Shown: piece by piece, positions 32,901 to 42,917 of the stretch | Numbering within the stretch: position 1 is the stretch's first letter | How the letters are laid out: each line of letters starts with the position of its first letter | DNA from: Cladosporium halotolerans | Taxonomy: Eukaryota | Direction of reading: 5' to 3' | Length of the DNA stretch: 64,000 nucleotides | Assembly (NCBI RefSeq): GCF_011745625.1 | Contig: NW_027191454.1 | Span: forward strand, 496,001-560,000 | Position numbers and translations under genes: made by a program | Notes under the pieces: generated by a model | What the model was told of the DNA's origin: nothing | The model's database searches: none | Seen by the model: the letters and a program-made list of their open reading frames with translations, nothing else

Positions 32901-35746
32901 GATCTTTCTTCTGGAGCAGCCAGTATTTGCGCAACATTCTCTTTTCAACTTTCGATATCGATGCACATCTGGATATGGCGTCAACGATGAAAGCAAAGTC
33001 GGTGCCGGCACCGATTAGCCTTCCCCAGGCTGGTCCTGGGAACAAGAGTGCCATCATCTCCCCAGGGCGACCTTCTCCGCCTCGCTCTGGACGCGACTAC
33101 CCTTCGTCGCGTTTCTTCGACTGGAGCGCCGAGCGTGGGGGAGTCTCGCCTGGGCCGCCAACGAGATCGCTGGACGATCTCCTATCGCAGCCCAAGGCGA
33201 CGACTCCCCCATTGAGGCGCAGTCGACGAGGACGAGATGGTCTTACGGACTCGGCCGTTTCGACGCTGCTGGCACCTGGACACGCGAGGCTTTCAGGACA
33301 TCGCTATTTCAACATTTCAAACGCAATCTCTTTTCTTCGCGCTGTACCTGCAGAACACCAGGATATTTCGGTCATCAATGGGGAAGTGAGGGCTAACGAT
33401 AGATTTTTTGTTGCGTTACAGGAACGACAGAAGACTTGCAGCGGCCGCGACGAGCTCTGCAACTCTGTTCTGAACGATGAATGGGCGTCCCACCCGACTT
33501 GGGCTAGCGAAGACTCCGGCTTTATCGCTCATAAGAAGAACCTCCATGAGGAAGGCCTCCACCGCATTGAAGAAGAGCGCCACGATTATGACTACAACAT
33601 CGAGGCGTGCAGCCGCACTATCCAACTCCTTGAGCCTCTCGCCCAGCAGCTTCGCCGCTTATCCGAGCAGGAGCAACTGGCCTACAAGCTGCCGCCGGGT
33701 CTCGGTGGGCAGAGCGAAACCATCTACAAGCGCGTGATCATGAAGGTATACAGCCGCGACAAGGGTCAAGAAGTTATCCAGCAACTTCATCTCCGCCCGT
33801 ACCAGGTTATCCCGGTCTTGCTCAACCGCCTGAAGGAGCGCCTTGAGACCTGGAAGCTGGCGCAGCGTGAGTGGGAGAAGGTGTGGCGCGAGCAGACTCA
33901 GAGGATGTTCTGGAAGTCGCTCGACCATCAATTCGTCAACACCAGACAAGTCGATAAGCGAGCCGTTCAAATGAAGGTGCTTCAAGCCGAGATTCAGATG
34001 AAGCACGAGGAAATGAAGAGAGAGGACAAGTCAATCCCTGGCACCATGCACCGACCGCAGCTTGAGTACACACTTGAGGACACCGACGTGATTCTGGATC
34101 TGTCGCACCTCTTCCTCGTGTACATTGATCAGACAATGTCGACGGATACGCCTCGCCTTTTCCCTTTCGTCAAGGAGTTCATCCCTCTCTTTTTCGGCCT
34201 GGACATCGACTGGTTCAATAATCAAATGAACGCAAGACTCAGCGCCACCGAGACTTCGGCCAACGAGGTCGGAGACGACTACCCTTCCGGTGCAGAAGAT
34301 TCGACTCCTTCTCGAGGCCGCAAGCCGAAAAGCAACAATTTGCTTCGCAGCGCTCTGGACCGCGGCCGTGGCAGGCCCGGCCGCAAGGATCGTGAAGACA
34401 GCAACGCTTCAAACAGCCGCGCATCCACTCCTGACGTGGCATCTAATGCCGACGACGAGATGGCAGTTGATACTGCTGAAGAGAGCGACGTTAAGCAAGA
34501 GAACGCCACCACTCGCTGGCTCGACCATCCCGCTGCGGGTAATATCCTTGGCGATAAATCGGTCGACCCAGGAGAGCAGTACGTACGCCAAACGTTCCGC
34601 ATGTGGTCTAACACTCCAATGTACGGCTTCATGAGGATGTTCATCATGCTCTACGAGCGTTTGCTCAAGCTCAAGCTTGGCGAGAACGAGTGCCGTGAGA
34701 CGGTCAAGAAGGCCAAGACGCAGAAGCCAGCCGTCGAGTTGGGCATCGTGGATAAGCAACCGCATGAGTTCTTCGACGACATCTCGCCGAACGCCAACTA
34801 CTACCGCCAGATGCTTGACAAGTTCGTCAGGTGCTTCACTGGCGAGATCGATTTCGCTGATGTCGAGGACACTCTGCGTCGTTTCTACCTACAGTCTGGG
34901 TACCAGCTCTACTCGCTCGACAAGATCGTCCAGCAGCTTTCGCGCTTCGCCTCCAACGTGCTCAATAGTGAGGGCAAGGACAAGAGTTTCGACATCTACC
35001 AACTGTTCAAGCGCGACCGTTCCAAGGAGACTACGACGGCGCAGCAACAGACCGATTACAGAAAATCGGTCGAAAAGATGCTCAAGGACGGAGAGCTGTA
35101 CCGGATTGACTACGTATGTGTCTATTTTCCATGTTCGGATCTCTTAACAGTCAAACTAACAAGTGCATAGGATCAGGATCAGCATCAAGTCAGATTTTAC
35201 CTGACCAAGAAAGACGACCCGACCTTTGACGACTCCCTTTCCTCAGCGGACAAGGAACACCTCTGGCGCTACTACCTTGCGTCGTTCACTGGCATGACGC
35301 AAACTGAGGGCGTCACGTCCGGTGCCCTTACCCGACCCATGCTCGCCCGTAGTGTTCGCGCTACCGGCGTGAATCCAAACTCGGTGTCCTACCCACCCTC
35401 TCCAGCCGACGGCGATGAGTCCACGAACGAGCGCCTACAGCGCCGCTTTGACAACATCCGTGGCAAGGAGAATCTGGTCATGCGCATCGCTGTCAACAAC
35501 TACCAGCGCATCTTCCAGCCCGGCACTGAGGAGGGTTGGATTGAGATTACCAACGAACGCGAGGGCAACAAAGAAGATGTTTCTGAGGTCGCTGAAGCCT
35601 TTGAGCGCAGGAACGATGACGCCAAGGACAAGTGGGAGAGGAACCACCCTAGTATGAGGAATGTCTCTGCCGACGACGTCGAAAAGGCGAAAGAGGGCTT
35701 CCAAAAGGTGGTCAGCGGCGATGCAGACGATATGGATATCGAGTGA
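29995..35746 (+). CDS. SIN3: Sin3 transcriptional co-repressor (PAH1-3, HDAC-interaction domain, Sin3a_C)
   Basis: PAH1 [16 protein letters not shown]2 [16 protein letters not shown]3 [36 protein letters not shown]...[11 protein letters not shown]. Introns 30090-30266, 31600-31655, 32115-32287, 32702-33421 and 35114-35170. Confidence 0.95.
30871..30915 (+). repeat. Coding (CARGGN)n repeat encoding (QG)7 just before PAH1 of Sin3
   Basis: caaggtcaaggtcaagggcagggccaaggccaaggccaaggacag. Confidence 0.9.
32150..32181. repeat. Perfect 2 x 16-bp tandem duplication inside SIN3 intron 3
   Basis: gaaggcagtagcgacc twice. Confidence 0.95.
32975..33421 (+). other. Putative alternative first (or cassette) coding exon inside SIN3 intron 4
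   Basis: ATG-led 149 codons ([17 protein letters not shown]...[29 protein letters not shown]...) in frame with the downstream HID exon. Confidence 0.6.
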
Positions 35747-36698
35747 TGACCTTACACGGTTTTGGGGTGACGAGAATGGACACATGATGGGTTTTATGCG
35801 TTGCGGCTTTTGGGAGTTCTTGCTTTCACTGACATGGCTCTGGACCGGACCGAAAGGGTAATGGCGTTTGCGGTGATCGGGTGATACCACTCTAGGCTTG
35901 CTCTGGTCGCTCACTTTGTGGGCCTCGACCGAGTTATTTGCTTACCGCTGTCTGTCTCTGTACCTATAGCTAGCTGTTTGTTTGGAATTGAATGCTTCCT
36001 TCACTGCCTCAAATTGAAATAGCTCCATGGGATTTCCATCCGACGACCGCGTGGCAGCGTCTGCTAGGCTGTCTGGTTGTTCTAGACTCAACGGACAGTC
36101 TCTCTAACCGCGGATCTTCAGCCGGGGATGTTGAAACAAGCCTCCGCGATCGAGGCTTGCCAGCATCCGGTCCAAGTTTCAAATCTGCACCGACCGGGCT
36201 GGATGCAGGGGTGCATCTGGCGAGATTTCGTTCGCTCCCGCGCTACATCCAACAACCCGACTTCACGACTTTATTACACCCACATGTTTGCAGCCATCAC
36301 GGTGGCTTTTCCTGAATCTTCTGCATAACCTGCAGACACGTGCGTTGATGGCGGATGATGACGAGAAAAAGTGTCGTCGTCACTATTGGCATTTGGCCGC
36401 AAGGATTTTCTACCTGAAACACGATGTGCCGCCATGTGGGACGGAGAACTGGAGAGCCTTGCGCCTTTCATTTCCTTCCGACCTGTTCATGCCGTTGAAT
36501 CCGGATCTGACGTAGACCACCGTCTTGACCATAGGTATAAAACTCATGGTCAGTCGTGACCAAAACGGGGCAAGCTACACCATCTTTTCCGTTCGTACTC
36601 TCCCTCTCTTGCCCATCTTTCCAGGACGCAGAGCCAGTCTCTATCCGTTCCACTCATTCGAAGACATTGAAAGCAGGCCTGTCAAATCGAAAATCACG

Positions 36699-37397
36699 AT
36701 GTTTCTCCAAAGCGCTCTCCCTATCCTAGCCGCAGTCGGCACAGCTTTCGCCGCCGCGATCCCCACTCAGACTCCGAACGAGAACCACCTAGCTCGTCGC
36801 GCCGTCTCTGGTCACTCCACGTTCTACGGTGGCAATGTTCAAGGAGGCACTTGTTCCTTCTCAACCTACAAGATCCCATCGGGTCTCTACGGCACCGCTT
36901 TCAGCGGCCAGGCTTGGGACAACGCCGCCAACTGTGGTGGTTGCGTCAAGGTCACGCACGGAGGCAAGAGCATCACCGCAATGATCGTCGACAAGTGCCC
37001 AGAGTGCGACGAAGGTCACCCCGACCTCTTCTCCGACGCCTTTGCTGCCCTCGCCAACCCTTCGGACGGAATCATCGACACCAGCTACGAGTTCATGTCC
37101 TGCCCCAAGGTCTCCGGCCCGCTCACCATCCACACCAAGTCCGGCGTGTCGCCCTACTGGTTTTCTGCCCAGGTGGTCAATGCCAACCGCCGCACTTCGA
37201 AGCTGGAGGTCTCTACCGATGGCAACTCGTGGACCGAAGCGAAGCGAACCGAGTACAACTTCTTCGAAATCTCTAGCGGAGTCGGTGCTGATTCGGCTTC
37301 GATTCGCGTCACGAGTGAAGACGGCGCATCGGTGGTTGTCAAGGATGTTTTGATGAAGGCTGACGTTAGCACTGACGCCTCTGGCAACTACAAGTAA
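36699..37397 (+). CDS. Secreted expansin-like protein (DPBB + CBM63; EXLX1/EglD-like)
   Basis: Signal MFLQSALPILAAVGTAFA. Motifs STFYGG...GGTCSF, ANCGGC, MIVDKCPEC, HPDLF, SPYWFSAQV and RTEYNFF. Confidence 0.9.
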   Translation: MFLQSALPILAAVGTAFAAAIPTQTPNENHLARRAVSGHSTFYGGNVQGGTCSFSTYKIPSGLYGTAFSGQAWDNAANCGGCVKVTHGGKSITAMIVDKCPECDEGHPDLFSDAFAALANPSDGIIDTSYEFMSCPKVSGPLTIHTKSGVSPYWFSAQVVNANRRTSKLEVSTDGNSWTEAKRTEYNFFEISSGVGADSASIRVTSEDGASVVVKDVLMKADVSTDASGNYK

Positions 37398-37540
37398 AGG
37401 GTAACTCGATCCTCGACGGATTGCCGTGGTGAATACCCCGTGGCAACTAAGCTTCTTGAATGATAGACGGCTCTCGTATTTCTCACATCTCTCTACGAAC
37501 AGCTTCACCTCCATAAGTCCAATTTCCCGAGACAAACTCA

Positions 37541-38101
37541 TCACTCTGCCATCGCTTTCTTCTCGGGCCCCGCCCACTTTACCTCGTACACTGGGATGCC
37601 TTCATGCTTGCCTTCCCAACTTTGCCTGTGCAAGCCGAAACCCTGCGCTTCCGGCTTAGGGATGCGAGGGAACATTCCCATTTTCAAGACAATTTTTCCT
37701 GGGTACGCTGCTGTCTCTGACTTGACCGGGCTGTTCGATTGTCAGTCACGCCTTGATGAGAAATTCTTATCGTCGACGCTGAACACATACTTTCCATCCT
37801 TCGAACAAAAGTAACGAAAGACACTGTTTCCACTACCCGTAGCTTTGTCGTCGTAGTACTTCAGCGTTCCGTCGCGGTCATCAATCTTGACGTCTTCGGC
37901 AGGGAGGAGCATGTTCGAAGCAATGTAGCTGCCCGCCACTTTGCGGCAGTTGGCGCAAGAGCAAAGATGACCCTTCGGGTTGGCGAAGATGTCCTTCGCG
38001 AGAATCGTCACTTGGATGCTGCCGCAGAGACAGCTGCCAGTCATGCCATTGGCAAACATGGCAGGATCGTGTTGTTTGGGGTCTCCTGTGAGTTCAGGCA
38101 T
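37541..38101 (-). CDS. GFA/CENP-V (Mss4-like) zinc-binding protein
   Basis: GSCLCG, HLCSCANCRK and RYFC. Intron 37731-37790; exon 2 PVKSET...HRQSWE...AE*. Confidence 0.88.
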
Positions 38102-38598
38102 GTTGTTGAATTCGTGACGATGATGAATTTCTGAGGAAGTTATTGACCTAACGTTCGCGCCTGGCCCACATGTAGATCAAGTGAATCGCGTTAAGTAGCA
38201 CAGGCCAGAGGTAGTTATTATCGTCGGTGAACGTGACAGAAACGAAAGAAAGGCAATACAATGCGCATTGCGTAAGTGGATCTAGATCGTCCATCATCTC
38301 CGCACTCTTCCCTTTGAGCGATAGCCGACGGCTGTTCAATTTATGTCACAAGAGCTCGTGCTGTAAGTTTTGCTGATATCGATTTTTTGGAGCATGCTAT
38401 CAACTGACCAGGCGACGAATAAACCAAATGATCACCCTGAATCACTCTATTAGATCTGACCTCCATCCATTTTGTATTGCTGTGCTGTCGCAGCAAGTGA
38501 CTGACGACACTTACCCCAACCCTAACCCTATCTACCTTACGAAGCTTCATGCAAGCTCCAGATCGCCTTCGCCAAATTGCGGGGAAGGCTTTAGGCGA

Positions 38599-38614
38599 TC
38601 GCGTCACGTCGCGT
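38599..38614. promoter_or_regulatory. Two MCB-like TCGCGT (ACGCGA) cores 10 bp apart, about 65 bp upstream of the MPH1 ATG
   Basis: tcgcgtcacgtcgcgt. Such elements precede G1/S and DNA-repair genes in ascomycetes, but hexamers also occur by chance. Confidence 0.35.
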
Positions 38615-38677
38615 CCTCCCATTCGGAATATTTGGAGGTAGCTGCGGCTGCTTGCCACAACCCACCACAAGGATGTC

Positions 38678-41600
38678 ATGTCTCTCAGCGACGATTTTGG
38701 CGTCGAGGACGACGATACTGAGTTCCTAGCTGCTGCTACCCAAGTTGAAGCATCACAAAATGTTGAATTTGCAGCGTCACCGCGACCAACGAAGCGTCGG
38801 AGAACTGGCGGAGACCAACAGCTGGATGGAGCAAGCTCGGATGCGCCTGATGGTGTGGAAAGCGATGAAGATGACTCTCCTCCTGGAGCGAGATCAGGAC
38901 ATAAGGCTTTTCTAGCAGCGCCATCGAAGATGAACGACAGTGAACAAGAGGAGGATGGAGAGCCGGAGGAGGACCCGAGCTATTACTTTCCAGAAGAGTT
39001 GCGAGAGAACGAAGAACAGGCAGCAAAGCAGTCGAAATACAAGATACACATTCCAAAGAATGGGGGGTTACTACCGGACATGGTCTTGACACAAACACAA
39101 GCAGATCTGGACGAGAACCCTGCTGCAATCCGGGGCGCAGTGTGGAAGAAACCAAAACCACCTCCACCACCGCTGTTCAATGCCACCAGTACTCGAGTTT
39201 CTGCAGCCGGTAACCAAGCTTTATCCTCAGTTGCTCAGCGGCCGCGATTGGGCGGTGGTCTCGATGCATTCGTACAACGCTCTGCGGCCAGCCGGCCCAG
39301 ACCGATAGAAAGTGACGAAGCAATGGCAAAGCGACTGCAGGCCGAAGAGAATACTCGTATCCGCCAATCTTCAGAAGCCCGCCCACGTGTAGGCGATGAT
39401 AATGCGAAGAAAGCTATGGACTTTACACAAGATCTCGAAGACCTGCCATCTGATGCCTTCTCGTCCTCATCCCCCGAAAAGTCGCCGGCTAAAGAGACCA
39501 TTGCACTATCATCCCAACTAGGCAATTCACAAAGAGTAGTCAATGGATTGAGAGGACCGCAAGCAGGACTGAAACAGATGACGATATTTGGACAACCTGC
39601 CACCCAGTCAATGTCAGCCTCTCAAGCCGCCGCAAAGAAGCACGCTTGGCCGTTGAAGGCTCGGGAAGAGGCTGCAACACACCACAAGCTCGACGAGGAG
39701 GCAATGAAAACTTGGGTATACCCAACCAACCTCGGTACAGTCCGTGACTATCAATTCAATATCGTGAGCCGCAGCCTTTTCCATAATACCCTTGTCGCTC
39801 TTCCTACTGGTCTCGGCAAGACTTTCATCGCAGCAACCGTCATGCTGAACTACTACCGCTGGACTACCGACGCGCAGATCATTTTCATGGCCCCGACCAA
39901 ACCTCTTATTGCCCAACAAATGGAGGCATGCTATGGCATTGCAGGTATCCGCAGACAAGACACAGTCCTAATGACGGGCGAGACGACACCAGGAATCCGT
40001 GCGGAAGAGTGGCAAGAAAAACGTGCTTTCTTCATGACACCACAGACTGTCATAAACGATCTGAAAACCGGTATCTGCGACCCGAAAAGGATTGTTTTGG
40101 TGGTGGTTGACGAAGCGCACAAGGCGACAGGCGGATACGCCTACACAGAGGTTGTATCATTTTTGCATCGCTTCAATCCAAGCTTCCGAGTTCTGGCTTT
40201 GACAGCTACACCGGGCTCAAGTGTTGAGGCTGTACAGTCCGTCATTGACCATCTTGGGATAGCTCGCGTTGAAGTTCGCACGGAGCAATCCTTGGACATT
40301 CGTCCGTATACGCATGAGAAGCTCACTGAGACCGAGGTGTTCGACTGGAGCGATGAACAGAATCTCATCATGGACCACGTGTCGAAGGCAATCAAACCCG
40401 TGCTCGATAAGCTCAACTCTCAGAACGCGTACTGGTCCAAGGACCCTATGCTCCTCACAGCCTTTGGGCTCACTCAAGCTCGGAAGAAATGGATGATGTC
40501 CGAGGCTGGGCGCAAGGCGCCTCAGGGTCTGAAGGGCATGGTCAATACGATCTTTACTGTTTTGTCTCAGATTGCACACAGTATCTCTCTGCTCAAGTTT
40601 CACGGAATCAACCCGTTCTACTCGAGCGCTCTTGAGTTTCAGAAGAATGTCGAAAATGGACAAACGAAATCAAAGTATGCTAAGCAGATCACGGAACACG
40701 AAGATTGGGTCAAAGCCATGGGATACATGCGTCGATGGTCCAACAGTCCGGACTTCATTGGCCATCCTAAGCTCGAATATCTGCGCGAGGTGGTTCTCAA
40801 TCACTTCTTGGATGCTGGAGAAGGTCAAGAGGGCCCTGGCGCGCCACCTAGACCAACGCGAATCATGGTGTTCGCCGGATATCGCGACAGTACGCAGGAC
40901 ATCTGCAGAGTCCTTAAGCGCAACGAGCCAATGATCCGGCCGCATGAGTTTGTCGGGCAAGCAAGCTCGAAATCATCTGAGGGCATGAATCAGAAGAGAC
41001 AGAATGCCGTTATCCAAGATTTCAAAGCCGGCAAGTTCAACACCCTTGTTGCCACATCAATTGGCGAGGAAGGTCTGGATATTGGCGATGTCGACCTCAT
41101 CATTTGCTACGATGCCTCGGCATCGCCGGTGCGAATGCTGCAGCGGATTGGTCGCACAGGACGCAAGCGTATCGGCAGGGTCGTGCTTCTCTTGATGCGT
41201 GGCAAAGAGGATAACGACTATGCCAAGGCGCAAGATAACTATGCGTACATTCAGAAAAGTATCGCGGACGACAGCAAATACAGCTATCGCGATGATCAGA
41301 GCCCGCGCATTTTGCCGAAAGAGGTCAAGTCTGTGGTCGACAAACGAATTATCGACATTCCGACCGAGAACACGCAGCCAGTCGATCTAAACGAAAAGAA
41401 TCGTAAGCGAAAAGGCAAGGGTAAGGTCAAGAAGCCCCCCAAGAAGTTTCACATGCCCGACAATGTGCGCACCGGATTTGTCAGCGCACGTCGCATGGAT
41501 TCCGACCAGGAAGAGAGCGAAGGCGAGCCGGCACCGAAGAAGGCATCTGCGGTCAAAAAGAAGCCAGCAGGTAAAACCAAACCGAGGCCTGTCTCGCCGC

Positions 41601-42529
41601 CCCCAGAGCCTGCACAGATTCCATTCATCGACGATGTTCTCCTCACTGATGCTCAAGAGCGCGAACTCGAGCGGAAGTATGCATCTACTAGTGATAGTGC
41701 ACAGAACACCGTTGTTCAGGCTCCCGACCCTTCCAAATTCCCAGGCTCTCTGCGGGAACTCGGCACATACAAGTACGTCCGTCACGGACGGGCAGCCACA
41801 GCTGTCTCTGAAGCCATGCAGATTGTTCGAGGCATTGACGAGGAGCGTGTCAATAGAATGAGGGACCTCTTCAGCGAGAAAGATCTTAGTGACTTGATGG
41901 GAGCCAGAGCAAGACTCGTCAGTCCTGAACCAACGGCAGAGAACCCTGGAATCGAGCGTCCTGAACCTCCCACTACCCGACCAGTGCCAAAAGCAAAGAA
42001 ACCTCGTGGTCGCCCGCCAAAGAAGCAACAAGCATCTAATAGTGCAAACGCCTATGGCTCGGACGCCGTGGAAGGAGACGAATCCAGTCCTGAACCAACA
42101 CCAGCCGAAATGCGACTTCCCACTCAAGGCATCGATCTTGGATCGCACGACACGAGCGGGGAAGAAGAGGAGGAAGAGATGGACAGCGAGCTTGACGCTT
42201 TCGTTGCGAAGAGCGACGACCCAATCGAGACGTTCTCGAGCTCCCTGCCAGATACCCAGAATTGGGGTCTGCCGGCAAAGAAAGCTGGCCGCCTCAAGCC
42301 TCGTGCGAAGCAAGCTCCCATCCAGATGGAGTCAGATGACATAGTTGAAGATGCCTTCAGTGGTGAAGAAGATGACGATGCCACCCCCAAAGGCGGACGA
42401 ATATTCGTTGATCTCGATGAGAAGGTTTCAGAGGAGGATGTTCCACTATTTGAGGTGGAGGATACCGGTGCTGCAGCAGGACGGGCGAAGAAGCGTCGTG
42501 TCGTTCAAGATAGCGACAGCGACGAGTAG
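38678..42529 (+). CDS. MPH1: FANCM/Mph1/Fml1 DEAH helicase
   Basis: TWVYPTN...VRDYQF, LPTGLGKT, DEAH, LTATPG, TSIGEEGLDI and QRIGRTGR. Intronless, 1283 aa. Confidence 0.96.
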   Translation: MSLSDDFGVEDDDTEFLAAATQVEASQNVEFAASPRPTKRRRTGGDQQLDGASSDAPDGVESDEDDSPPGARSGHKAFLAAPSKMNDSEQEEDGEPEEDPSYYFPEELRENEEQAAKQSKYKIHIPKNGGLLPDMVLTQTQADLDENPAAIRGAVWKKPKPPPPPLFNATSTRVSAAGNQALSSVAQRPRLGGGLDAFVQRSAASRPRPIESDEAMAKRLQAEENTRIRQSSEARPRVGDDNAKKAMDFTQDLEDLPSDAFSSSSPEKSPAKETIALSSQLGNSQRVVNGLRGPQAGLKQMTIFGQPATQSMSASQAAAKKHAWPLKAREEAATHHKLDEEAMKTWVYPTNLGTVRDYQFNIVSRSLFHNTLVALPTGLGKTFIAATVMLNYYRWTTDAQIIFMAPTKPLIAQQMEACYGIAGIRRQDTVLMTGETTPGIRAEEWQEKRAFFMTPQTVINDLKTGICDPKRIVLVVVDEAHKATGGYAYTEVVSFLHRFNPSFRVLALTATPGSSVEAVQSVIDHLGIARVEVRTEQSLDIRPYTHEKLTETEVFDWSDEQNLIMDHVSKAIKPVLDKLNSQNAYWSKDPMLLTAFGLTQARKKWMMSEAGRKAPQGLKGMVNTIFTVLSQIAHSISLLKFHGINPFYSSALEFQKNVENGQTKSKYAKQITEHEDWVKAMGYMRRWSNSPDFIGHPKLEYLREVVLNHFLDAGEGQEGPGAPPRPTRIMVFAGYRDSTQDICRVLKRNEPMIRPHEFVGQASSKSSEGMNQKRQNAVIQDFKAGKFNTLVATSIGEEGLDIGDVDLIICYDASASPVRMLQRIGRTGRKRIGRVVLLLMRGKEDNDYAKAQDNYAYIQKSIADDSKYSYRDDQSPRILPKEVKSVVDKRIIDIPTENTQPVDLNEKNRKRKGKGKVKKPPKKFHMPDNVRTGFVSARRMDSDQEESEGEPAPKKASAVKKKPAGKTKPRPVSPPPEPAQIPFIDDVLLTDAQERELERKYASTSDSAQNTVVQAPDPSKFPGSLRELGTYKYVRHGRAATAVSEAMQIVRGIDEERVNRMRDLFSEKDLSDLMGARARLVSPEPTAENPGIERPEPPTTRPVPKAKKPRGRPPKKQQASNSANAYGSDAVEGDESSPEPTPAEMRLPTQGIDLGSHDTSGEEEEEEMDSELDAFVAKSDDPIETFSSSLPDTQNWGLPAKKAGRLKPRAKQAPIQMESDDIVEDAFSGEEDDDATPKGGRIFVDLDEKVSEEDVPLFEVEDTGAAAGRAKKRRVVQDSDSDE

Positions 42530-42917
42530 GTAGCTTATGGAATGAACGCCGGGCCTCTCGCGCAACCAGCATCCAATCATCCAAAATCTGTTGCACATTA
42601 AACCTCACGTGGGGCCGGGTGATATTTAATCACTCGCATTGACAGCTTGTGGTAGATGCTCACATGAATCAACAAGTATCTCAAGGCTGGTGAGGTCGAA
42701 TGACATGCTACCCCCGCATTTACACCACTCAGAAATGATTAATCCTTTGAACGGCTCGCAGGCGGCTTGCGACGAGGTTTTCGAGGAGGAATGGGGAATA
42801 CTTGCAAGCCACACTTGAATCACTACTGGACGCTACGGACAATCTACATGACTGGCAAATCCAAGCAAGGATCGGATGGTGTCAAAAAACTATTTCTCAG
42901 GAACACGAACAACCACA

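Noticed and set aside
36355..36417. ATGATGA...CTGA resembling a C/D box snoRNA
   Set aside because: No terminal stem and no recognisable rRNA-complementary guide; the boxes are short enough to be chance.
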